Shown here: positions 55,171 through 64,000 of the stretch, one piece after another | How the letters are laid out: the number at the start of each line of letters is the position of its first letter | Numbering within the stretch: the stretch's first letter is position 1 | Assembly: GCA_963797915.1 (NCBI GenBank) | Contig: CAWCRG010000005.1 | Span: 14,844-78,843, forward strand | Reading direction: 5' to 3' | Source of the DNA: Candidatus Sericytochromatia bacterium | Lineage (GTDB): Bacteria; Cyanobacteriota; Sericytochromatia; UBA7694 | DNA length: 64,000 bases | Program-made: the position numbers and the translations under genes | The notes under the pieces: model-generated | Seen by the model: only the letters and a program-made list of their open reading frames with translations | What the model was told of the DNA's origin: nothing | Databases searched by the model: none

Positions 55171-57753
55171 ATGGCCGCAAAAACCACTCCGAAGTCCAAG
55201 TCCACAGCTGATAAACTCGTCATTGTGGAGTCCCCAGCGAAAGCAAAAACCATTGAAAATTACCTGGGACACGAGTACAAGGTGGTTTCCTGTTACGGCC
55301 ACATTCGGGATCTTCCCAAAAAAGATGCCATTGATATAGAAAACGGTTTTCAGCCGACCTACGTGGTGACCGACGATAAAAAAGATGTCATTAAGGAATT
55401 ACGTAAGCTGGCCAAAAACGCATCTCTCATCTATCTCGCGAGTGATGATGATAGAGAAGGAGAAGCCATTTCCTGGCATTTAAAAGAATCTTTAAATCTT
55501 AAAGATGAACAGATTCGCCGTATCGTGTTTCGTGAAATCACGAAGTCAGCCGTCCTTAACGCGATTCAAAATCCCCGCACCATCGATCAGGATCTGGTCA
55601 ATGCCCAGCAAGCGCGACGTATTTTAGATCGCCTCGTGGGGTTTGAGCTTTCGCCTTTGCTCTGGAAAAAAATTAAAATTGGTTTGTCCGCAGGGCGTGT
55701 ACAGTCGGTGGCCGTACGCATGGTTGTGGAGCGAGAGCGCGAAATTGAAAGCTTTTTGTCTGAAGGCAATTATCGTGTTCAGGCCATGTTTCCCTTAGAA
55801 AAAGACGTGGTGTTAAAGTCAGAAATTACCAGGCGCTTTGATTCGTTAGAAGCCACTCGTGAATTACTGAGCGCATGTATCAACGCTACCTTTACGATTT
55901 CGGATCTCAAGGTCAAAGAAGGTAAGCGCAGTCCCTCCTCTCCCTTTACCACTTCGACACTTCAACAAGAAGCCAGTCGCAAACTCGGGTACTCGGTATC
56001 TCGTACCATGATGCTGGCGCAGCGTTTGTATGAAGCGGGTCATATTACCTATATGCGTACCGACTCCACCAATTTGTCTCAGGAAGCCCTGTCCAAGGCA
56101 AAAACCGAAATTCTTTCTTCTTTCGGCAAAGATTACCATCACCAGCGCATTTTTAAAACCAAGTCAGATAATGCCCAGGAAGCTCACGAAGCCATTCGCC
56201 CGGCAGACTTTTCTCGCCATAAGGCGGGTAAAGACAGTGGTGAGCAGGCTCTTTATGAACTGATTTGGCGCCGATCGATAGCCTCTCAAATGACGGAAGC
56301 AAAAATTGAAAAAACCACCGCAAGTATTGCAATTTCAGGGCGTAAAGAAGTATTGACGGCCTCTGGCGAAGTCATTCGTTTCGATGGCTTTTTAAGGGTC
56401 TACCGAGACGCCAATAGTGATGAAAAAGACCAGGCAAAAATGTTGCCTCCTTTAACGGTTGGTCAGGTACTCCAGCTGGATGAGATGATTTCTCGAGAAG
56501 TATTTTCGAAGCCGCCCGCCCGTTACACAGAAGCCAGTTTGGTGAAGCAGCTTGAAGAGAAGGGGATTGGTCGCCCATCTACCTATGCGCCTACCATTTC
56601 GACGGTTCAAAAACGAGGCTATGTTATCAAAGAAAGCCGTGATGGCAAACCGAGAGAGTACCACCAGATCGTATTAAAGGCCAATAAGGTGACAGAGAGC
56701 TTACAAAGTGAAGTCTACGGTACAGAAAAGAATAAGCTTTTTCCCACCAGCCTGGCCAAAGTCGTCACCGACTTTCTGGTAGAGCATTTTGAAAATGTGG
56801 TGGACTACTCCTTTACGGCCTCTGTGGAAAAAGAATTTGATGACATTTCTCAGGGCCGTAAGCAGTGGAATGAAATGATTTCTCAGTTTTACTTTGAAGA
56901 TTTTCACCCCAAAGTTGAAAAAACCCAGGATCTCGATCGCTCAGAGGTCGGAACCTCACGGGATCTGGGGGTGGACCCTAAGTCAGGAAAACTTGTGATT
57001 ACCCGTCTGGGACGTTATGGGCCGATTGTTCAAATTGGATCTACTGACGACGAGGAAAAACCACGTTTTGCTTCTCTGGATAAAGATCAGTTTATTGATA
57101 CGATTACCCTTGAAGAAGCTTTAGAGCTCTTTAAATTGCCGAAAACGATTGGGGAGTACGAGGAAAAAGAAGTGGTGGTGGCGAAAGGCCCTTTTGGTCC
57201 CTATGTGCGCCATGATAGTAAATTTACCTCGATTCCCAAAGAAGAATCTCCCATGTCCCTTTCGTTAGAGCGGGCCATTGAGCTGATCGAAGCCAAGCGT
57301 AAGGCCGACGCGGAACGTTTTATCAAAGGGTTTGACGAAGATCCTGAAGTGACGATTTTAAACGGGCGTTGGGGACCTTATATTAAAGCGGGCAAAAAGA
57401 ACGTGAAGATACCCAAAGAGCTTAAAGAGACCGCGGTGGATTTAACTTACGCAGAAGTGGCTAAAATGATCGCCGAAGCACCGGACAAAAAATCGAAAAA
57501 AGCACCTGCGAAGGCGGCTAAAAAACCCGCAGCCAAAAAAGCGGTAACGAAGAAACCCGCAGCCAAAAAAACCGCAGCCAAGAAGTCTGTCGCTAAAAAA
57601 ACGACAACCCAAGCCAAGACTAAAGCAGAGCCTAAAGCTACCGTTGCTAAAAAGCCTGTCGCCAAGAAGCCTGCGGCTAAAAAAGTGACCACCAAAGCCA
57701 AGGTCAAGGCCGCGCCTAAAAAGTCTGCTGCTGCCAAAAAGAAAGCGGATTAA
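55171..57753 (+). CDS. topA: DNA topoisomerase I with a Lys/Ala-rich C-terminal tail
   Basis: The Toprim start is present (LVIVESPAKAKTI), as are the active-site region (ITYMRTDS) and zinc-less C-terminal repeats (GPFGPYV, GRWGPYI). The tail of about 90 aa is made of AKKP-type repeats. Confidence 0.93.
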   Translation: MAAKTTPKSKSTADKLVIVESPAKAKTIENYLGHEYKVVSCYGHIRDLPKKDAIDIENGFQPTYVVTDDKKDVIKELRKLAKNASLIYLASDDDREGEAISWHLKESLNLKDEQIRRIVFREITKSAVLNAIQNPRTIDQDLVNAQQARRILDRLVGFELSPLLWKKIKIGLSAGRVQSVAVRMVVEREREIESFLSEGNYRVQAMFPLEKDVVLKSEITRRFDSLEATRELLSACINATFTISDLKVKEGKRSPSSPFTTSTLQQEASRKLGYSVSRTMMLAQRLYEAGHITYMRTDSTNLSQEALSKAKTEILSSFGKDYHHQRIFKTKSDNAQEAHEAIRPADFSRHKAGKDSGEQALYELIWRRSIASQMTEAKIEKTTASIAISGRKEVLTASGEVIRFDGFLRVYRDANSDEKDQAKMLPPLTVGQVLQLDEMISREVFSKPPARYTEASLVKQLEEKGIGRPSTYAPTISTVQKRGYVIKESRDGKPREYHQIVLKANKVTESLQSEVYGTEKNKLFPTSLAKVVTDFLVEHFENVVDYSFTASVEKEFDDISQGRKQWNEMISQFYFEDFHPKVEKTQDLDRSEVGTSRDLGVDPKSGKLVITRLGRYGPIVQIGSTDDEEKPRFASLDKDQFIDTITLEEALELFKLPKTIGEYEEKEVVVAKGPFGPYVRHDSKFTSIPKEESPMSLSLERAIELIEAKRKADAERFIKGFDEDPEVTILNGRWGPYIKAGKKNVKIPKELKETAVDLTYAEVAKMIAEAPDKKSKKAPAKAAKKPAAKKAVTKKPAAKKTAAKKSVAKKTTTQAKTKAEPKATVAKKPVAKKPAAKKVTTKAKVKAAPKKSAAAKKKAD

Positions 57754-57772
57754 ACCCGTTTGAAAAAGGGGG

Positions 57773-57808
57773 AATTACCTTAAATTAACAGGGTAATTTA
57801 AGGTAATT
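57773..57808. other. perfect 15-bp AT-rich inverted repeat after topA
   Basis: The sequence is AATTACCTTAAATTA-acaggg-TAATTTAAGGTAATT. Confidence 0.5.
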
Positions 57809-57912
57809 TAATAAAGCCAGGTCAGTATTTAACGTTTGTGTTCTATACTGATAACATAAATGCTGCAAGCGCTTACTTTTTTGCTTGCAGACGTCATCAA
57901 TAGGACTCACTT

Positions 57913-58842
57913 ATGGATATTCAAGCACAGCCGACGTATCAGCCGATAGCGAAAGCAAATGCAGCAGCGAAGCAAGCACCGGTAAAACCCTCTGCAGAGA
58001 GTCGGCCAGCGACTCCACAGCCAGTGATTGCTTCGGATAGCGTGAGTGATGGGCTGTTTGCCCTTCGGGGGAGTGCTCGAGAAATCCTGCGTTTTGATGA
58101 TCCATCATTTGATGACCCTTCAGGCGTACAGCTACCTGAGTTACCTCAAAAAGACCCTTACCGTTTTAATGGCGGTTATACTGAGCAAGATGGAAACAAA
58201 CTGAACTTCTATCACGGGGCTTTATCCACTGAGAAACCCATTCTTTCTCTTGAGGCGCGTATCCCTCGCCCCGAGGATCACGCCCGCGCCCATGCTGACT
58301 CTGCTCGCGGTTTTGATCGCCAGGAACACCAGGCGGTTCGGCCACCCAAAATACGCTCTCCTTATTTGAAAGAGTTGGGTAAACAAACGGCGGAGAACTT
58401 AATTAGAACTCCGATTGAGGCGGCCTGGGAGCGCAAAGAACTCACTGCAGAAGCCGGTCGCGGTGCGTTGATTGCCGGGGCGCTAGTGGGAGCCGCGCTG
58501 TATGCCGGTACCGATACCAAATTTAGCACCCGCCTTGCCAAGACAGAAATTGCAGGCCAGGACGTGAGCTTGAAAACAGGCTTAAGTGCCGGGCATGGTG
58601 AGATCGGAATGCGCTCGGTGGAACTGAGTTTTCGTCCAAAGGATCAAGAAGATAATGTACGTTCGGGTTACGATCTCAAATATGATTTTGAAGACAAGAG
58701 AGTGAATTTGTCTTATTCACACACCGTCGATTATGGTGGTTCACAATACAACCGCTCTATCGGTCACTTTAATGCTTCGGTTTTTCATGAACAAGAAAGA
58801 AGTAATACCGGCGTGCGCGTGGGCTATCATCTCAATTTCTAA
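57913..58842 (+). CDS. hypothetical protein with an outer-membrane-like C-terminus
   Basis: It ends VRVGYHLNF (terminal Phe, alternating pattern). No N-terminal signal peptide is visible. Confidence 0.5.
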   Translation: MDIQAQPTYQPIAKANAAAKQAPVKPSAESRPATPQPVIASDSVSDGLFALRGSAREILRFDDPSFDDPSGVQLPELPQKDPYRFNGGYTEQDGNKLNFYHGALSTEKPILSLEARIPRPEDHARAHADSARGFDRQEHQAVRPPKIRSPYLKELGKQTAENLIRTPIEAAWERKELTAEAGRGALIAGALVGAALYAGTDTKFSTRLAKTEIAGQDVSLKTGLSAGHGEIGMRSVELSFRPKDQEDNVRSGYDLKYDFEDKRVNLSYSHTVDYGGSQYNRSIGHFNASVFHEQERSNTGVRVGYHLNF

Positions 58843-58914
58843 ACCCTTGCATGAGCCAAGATTGCACGAGTCAAAGACTTAGCGCTTTTTTATACCTATT
58901 TATAGCCATCAAAA

Positions 58915-58938
58915 AACCCCGATAAGATTACCGGGGTT
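58915..58938. terminator. bidirectional terminator between the convergent 57913 ORF and groEL
   Basis: The sequence is AAAAAACCCCG-ataagatta-CCGGGGTTCTTTTTT. Confidence 0.7.
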
Positions 58939-58992
58939 CTTTTTTATCTAATGTGCCAGGGGATTAGCAGCGAGAGACAGTGTAAGCGTTGC

Positions 58993-60693
<1,701 letters not shown>

Positions 60694-60996
60694 TTATTTC
60701 TCGACGATTGCTAGAATATCTTTTTCAGAAATGACGAGCACTTCTTCGCCCTGAAGCTTTACTTCAGTGCCTGCATATTTTGCAAATACAACGCGATCGC
60801 CTTCGCGAACGCTCATCTTGCCGAATTCGCCGTTGTCCAATAATTTACCAGGACCCACTGCCAAAACGTCGCCTTCTTGAGGCTTCTCTTTGTTTGCAGT
60901 TTGAGGAAGCAAAATGCCGCCACTGGTTTTTTCTTCTTGCTCAGCCACACGAACCACCACGCGATCAGCGAGGGGCTTTAAAAGTGTATGTGCCAT
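60694..60996 (-). CDS. groES: co-chaperonin GroES
   Basis: The ATG at 60996 ([15 protein letters not shown]) lies 11 nt downstream of GGAGG. The longer track start falls inside the SD. Confidence 0.93.
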   Translation of the reverse strand: MAHTLLKPLADRVVVRVAEQEEKTSGGILLPQTANKEKPQEGDVLAVGPGKLLDNGEFGKMSVREGDRVVFAKYAGTEVKLQGEEVLVISEKDILAIVEK

Positions 60997-61038
60997 AGGT
61001 ATGAAAACCTCCAAAGTTGTTTTACATCTAATGTGTTT

Positions 61039-61065
61039 TTAGCAATCTACTAAATAGAGTGCTAA
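61039..61065. promoter_or_regulatory. CIRCE (HrcA operator) 1
   Basis: TTAGCAATC-N9-GAGTGCTAA has one mismatch to TTAGCACTC-N9-GAGTGCTAA. It lies immediately downstream of the putative -10. Confidence 0.8.
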
Positions 61066-61075
61066 TTCTGTATAC

Positions 61076-61105
61076 GTTATATGACAGAAGTGAGTCAACT
61101 GTCAA
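61076..61105 (-). promoter_or_regulatory. putative sigma70 promoter of groES-groEL
   Basis: The minus strand reads TTGACA-N18-TATAAC. Confidence 0.5.
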
Positions 61106-61181
61106 TAATAACCACAAAAAAAACAGAGATTTTTTGTGTCACGCGAAGCAAATTGCTTTTAAACGTGATCGTCTTCTCATT

Positions 61182-61208
61182 TTATCACTCTTCTGAAAAG
61201 AATGCTAA
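61182..61208. promoter_or_regulatory. CIRCE-like operator 2
   Basis: TTATCACTC-N9-GAATGCTAA has two mismatches to the consensus. It lies about 76 nt upstream of the -35. Confidence 0.55.
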
Positions 61209-61343
61209 TACTTTAAATAGTTCAATTAGTTTAATGTTTTAAATGGTGAGCTTCTATTTTACCGAAAACATGAACGGCAATTTCGCAGGGCGTAGATCAG
61301 CCGCTATAGTAAAAAGATACTTATAAAAAAGGCTTGGAAATGT

Positions 61344-61934
61344 ATGGCTACAATGCGTATTTTAATGTTCACTCTTGCGACGGGAATGCTCCTCGGTACG
61401 GCATGTAAACCAGAGGCCGCTGAAAACAACACTGCTAAAGCCATGCCCGTCAGCACACAAGCGAATTGCGGCACCCCTTTAAACTATGAGATGCAAAATA
61501 TTGATGGCAAGCCGGTGTCACTCTGTGATTATGCGGGCAAGGTCGTGCTGGCGGTCAATACCGCTAGCTTTTGTGGGTATACGCCTCAGTATGAGCAGTT
61601 AGAAGCCTTGTATCAAAAGTACCGTGGCCAGGGGTTTGTTATTCTGGGCTTTCCCGCCAACGAGTTTGGCGATCAAGAGCCGGGTTCAGACAAAGAGATT
61701 AAAAATTTCTGTGAAGAAAAATACAAAGTAACTTTCCCGATGTTTTCTAAAACGGTGGTGAAAGGTGAAAATCCCAACCCCTTTTATAAAACCCTTATTC
61801 AAAAAACCGGTGAAGAACCCCTGTGGAATTTTCACAAGTATTTGATTGACCGCAAAGGCAATGTGGTGAGTTATAAAAGCGCGGTACGGCCTTTGAGTAA
61901 GCCGCTAGTGGCAGATATAGAAAAAGCCCTCTAA
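61344..61934 (+). CDS. glutathione peroxidase family lipoprotein
   Basis: A lipobox (LGTAC) is present, along with NTASFCGYTPQY, LGFPANEFG and WNFHKYLI. Confidence 0.88.
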   Translation: MATMRILMFTLATGMLLGTACKPEAAENNTAKAMPVSTQANCGTPLNYEMQNIDGKPVSLCDYAGKVVLAVNTASFCGYTPQYEQLEALYQKYRGQGFVILGFPANEFGDQEPGSDKEIKNFCEEKYKVTFPMFSKTVVKGENPNPFYKTLIQKTGEEPLWNFHKYLIDRKGNVVSYKSAVRPLSKPLVADIEKAL

Positions 61935-61968
61935 AAGGCTTTGGCGGGCTACGGCGGTCTCTGACAGG

Positions 61969-62595
61969 CTAGCGATTATCGTTGCCCCAGGTTATTTTGG
62001 AGTATTGAAAAAACCCTTGCAGTAATCGGGGCGGGATCTTTATTTTTACGCCGCTGAGATAGGCGTTTTTCTTGCTGATATCGTCGGTTTTTAGAAGAAT
62101 ATCGTACCCTGTACGTTGGGTTAAACTTTGCACCAATGATTCTGAGTCCAGCTCAATTAACATTTTTTGTTTGGTAATCTGTGTGCTTTCTTCTTTGCCA
62201 TCACTAAAGATTGCTGCTTTTTTATATACAATATCCAGCGGCTTGCCATCATGATCTTCTGCTTGATTCAACTCAATGGAGTCTTTGTTGGTATAATTGC
62301 AGGTCACATAATAGCTGATGGGCTCAGGGAATACCTTATTCGGGTCACGTGAGGTGACGCGGAGCCCTCTTAATGCGCAATCAATATCGCTATTTTGGGT
62401 TAGACGATAATAAGGCGTTACAATTTCGTCCACAACGGGTGTGTAACCATCGTCAAACTGATCATGCTTGATGGTTTTAAACAATTCACTTTCGTTTTCG
62501 GGAATCTGTGAACGGGAGCTACTGCAGGCAGATAACATAAGCATAGAGAGTAGGCATAAGCTTAATCCGTGATGGATTCTAGAGCGCATTATCAA
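61969..62595 (-). CDS. hypothetical lipoprotein
   Basis: A lipobox (MLSACSS) is present. I recognise no family. Confidence 0.55.
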   Translation of the reverse strand: MIMRSRIHHGLSLCLLSMLMLSACSSSRSQIPENESELFKTIKHDQFDDGYTPVVDEIVTPYYRLTQNSDIDCALRGLRVTSRDPNKVFPEPISYYVTCNYTNKDSIELNQAEDHDGKPLDIVYKKAAIFSDGKEESTQITKQKMLIELDSESLVQSLTQRTGYDILLKTDDISKKNAYLSGVKIKIPPRLLQGFFQYSKITWGNDNR

Positions 62596-62618
62596 CGCTT
62601 TCTGCGATGGCCTTGAGT

Positions 62619-63389
62619 TTATCTAGAGCTGGCCAGACCGCTGCCGCTGGCAATAATTTGCCCCTGGGTATTAATGGCGTAAACGTTGGTGACGCCAGAC
62701 TTGGCACCAAATTGCTGACTCACATTACCGGTCCAGTCCAGCATAATCGGCTGTTTGACAATACCCGAAATAATTCCACGGGCAATGCCACGGGCTAATT
62801 TAGGAACGGCAGACAATTCAGCAACGCCGTGAATGTCTACGCTATCGGTATAGCGATCGTATAAGGGAGTAATCCAGTTCTCCATATCTTCAGAGCCTTT
62901 TTGGTCAGCAATGGCGATGATAAGCACCTTTGAGCGCGGAAAAGAAAATTGCTGCTTTTCACCCTGAAGGTTTTCGAGGGTAAAAGCTGGCGCCTGGGGC
63001 AGATTTGCCTCAATAGAAATCTCGTCAGTGGCGTCTTCAAGGGGAGCGTCTTCAGTGGCAAGTGCTTCAGGCGCCTCAGAAGCAACCCCTTCGGTTACTG
63101 TTTCTGTGGTCGATCCGGCATCGCCAGGTAGCAAATCATCGGTATCCACAAGATCTGATTCGGTGGTTTCAGCGTTTTCTTCGTTGCTGGGAGGCGTGTA
63201 AATATAGCTAAAGGGCGTGTTGCGCTGCATGCTCAGACGGTTTTGACTGGCCAGGTCCATCACGGGTCTGCCCTGTCCGTCCATTTGCTGAACGTAGCCA
63301 AGGGTTCTCTGTAAGTCTGAGGGACTGCGTCCGCCGCAGGCTGTCAGGCTGATTAAACAAAATAGGAGAATTGCTGTGTGCTTGGCCAT
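62619..63389 (-). CDS. lipoprotein with a thioredoxin-fold-like C-terminal domain lacking CxxC
   Basis: A lipobox (SLTACGG) is present. The FTLENLQGEKQQFSFPRSKVLIIAIADQKGS layout resembles TlpA/redoxin proteins but has no redox cysteines. Confidence 0.5.
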   Translation of the reverse strand: MAKHTAILLFCLISLTACGGRSPSDLQRTLGYVQQMDGQGRPVMDLASQNRLSMQRNTPFSYIYTPPSNEENAETTESDLVDTDDLLPGDAGSTTETVTEGVASEAPEALATEDAPLEDATDEISIEANLPQAPAFTLENLQGEKQQFSFPRSKVLIIAIADQKGSEDMENWITPLYDRYTDSVDIHGVAELSAVPKLARGIARGIISGIVKQPIMLDWTGNVSQQFGAKSGVTNVYAINTQGQIIASGSGLASSR

Positions 63390-63456
63390 GGGTTGTCGAT
63401 GAGCTCCACTCTTTAACTATTAATTAACTTATAGTGAACGTAGGCTTAAAACTTGC

Positions 63457-64000
63457 GTGGAAATCCAAAACCTCTTACACTTTGAACAGTCGTGCTTAAC
63501 CCTGATTTCACGGCAATACAACAGGAAAACACACCCCTTGTCCACTGATACGGATGCCGAACAGCCAGAGGAACCCCTCACACCCCAGGAAAAACGCCGC
63601 CTGCGGCGCCTTTTACGGCGGCGTACACGCCGTTTAAAAATAGAGGTTTACCCCACCTACGGAACGCCAGAACACTTCGAAGTAAAAGGCAAAGTTTATG
63701 CCGATCGCAAAGTGGATGAGGTGGGCGTTGAAGACAGCCGTTTTCGCAATGCGATCAATACCTCCCGTCGCTTTATTGTCACCGAAGCCTCGCTGGTGTG
63801 GGTGAAAGTGATTTTTGGCCATGAGGTGCGTAAAGTACAAACCGACAAAATGGGTGTGTTTTCGGTGCCTTTTGAGCATCTTCCCGGCATAGAGCAAGGC
63901 TTACATACCGTGCGCGTACAGCTCGCAGAACAAACCCGCAAACGCCTGAGTGCCTCAGAAGGAACCGCTTGTGTGCTGCTACATTCTGCCCAGTCCCGTT
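63457..64000 (+). CDS. App1/DUF2183-like protein; the 3' end runs off the right edge
   Basis: The frame is open from 63424 with GTG at 63457 as the likely start. IEVYPTYGTPEHFEVKGKVYADRK...QTDKMGVFSVPF resembles the N-terminal region of App1-family phosphatases. Confidence 0.4.
   Translation, partial: MEIQNLLHFEQSCLTLISRQYNRKTHPLSTDTDAEQPEEPLTPQEKRRLRRLLRRRTRRLKIEVYPTYGTPEHFEVKGKVYADRKVDEVGVEDSRFRNAINTSRRFIVTEASLVWVKVIFGHEVRKVQTDKMGVFSVPFEHLPGIEQGLHTVRVQLAEQTRKRLSASEGTACVLLHSAQSR

Overview
This is a mostly housekeeping chromosomal segment (about 50% GC by eye) from a diderm, respiring bacterium. An SLH-anchored beta-barrel porin, a fused ccoNO cbb3 oxidase and a solo TnpB element would fit a non-photosynthetic cyanobacterial relative, but that is a low-confidence guess.

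Main blocks, left to right:
- Zn-phospholipase C fragments, secreted proteins and a calpain-like peptidase.
- An AT-rich island (about 4.5-6.4 kb) holding a plus-strand array of five tRNAs (Trp, Ser, Gln, Gln, His). The array is preceded by an aberrant tRNA-like element and a Shine-Dalgarno-led 38-codon ORF.
- A c-di-GMP-I (GEMM) riboswitch in front of a tandem DJ-1/PfpI lipoprotein, followed by an amidohydrolase.
- A solo IS200/IS605-type tnpB broken by a small hairpin insertion.
- PPTase, APH-like kinase and EF-hand genes.
- A complete FNR-associated cbb3 oxidase cluster: ccoI-ccoS-ccoNO-ccoQ-ccoP-ccoG-TauE-like, plus fnr.
- A NUDIX gene, then a strongly SD-coupled two-gene operon of unknown proteins that share termini. 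This is my best candidate for something undescribed.
- The ribD-E-BA-H operon, thrS, leucine dehydrogenase, an SLC13 permease and two identical tRNA-Ser(UGA) genes.
- An M19 dipeptidase, a methyltransferase, a ferredoxin, a degenerate GT2, and an oxidoreductase-WD40-cfa operon.
- The SLH porin, dprA-topA, groES-groEL with two CIRCE operators, and a glutathione peroxidase.

At least nine conserved genes carry frameshifts. I found no CRISPR array, reverse transcriptase or recognisable defence system.
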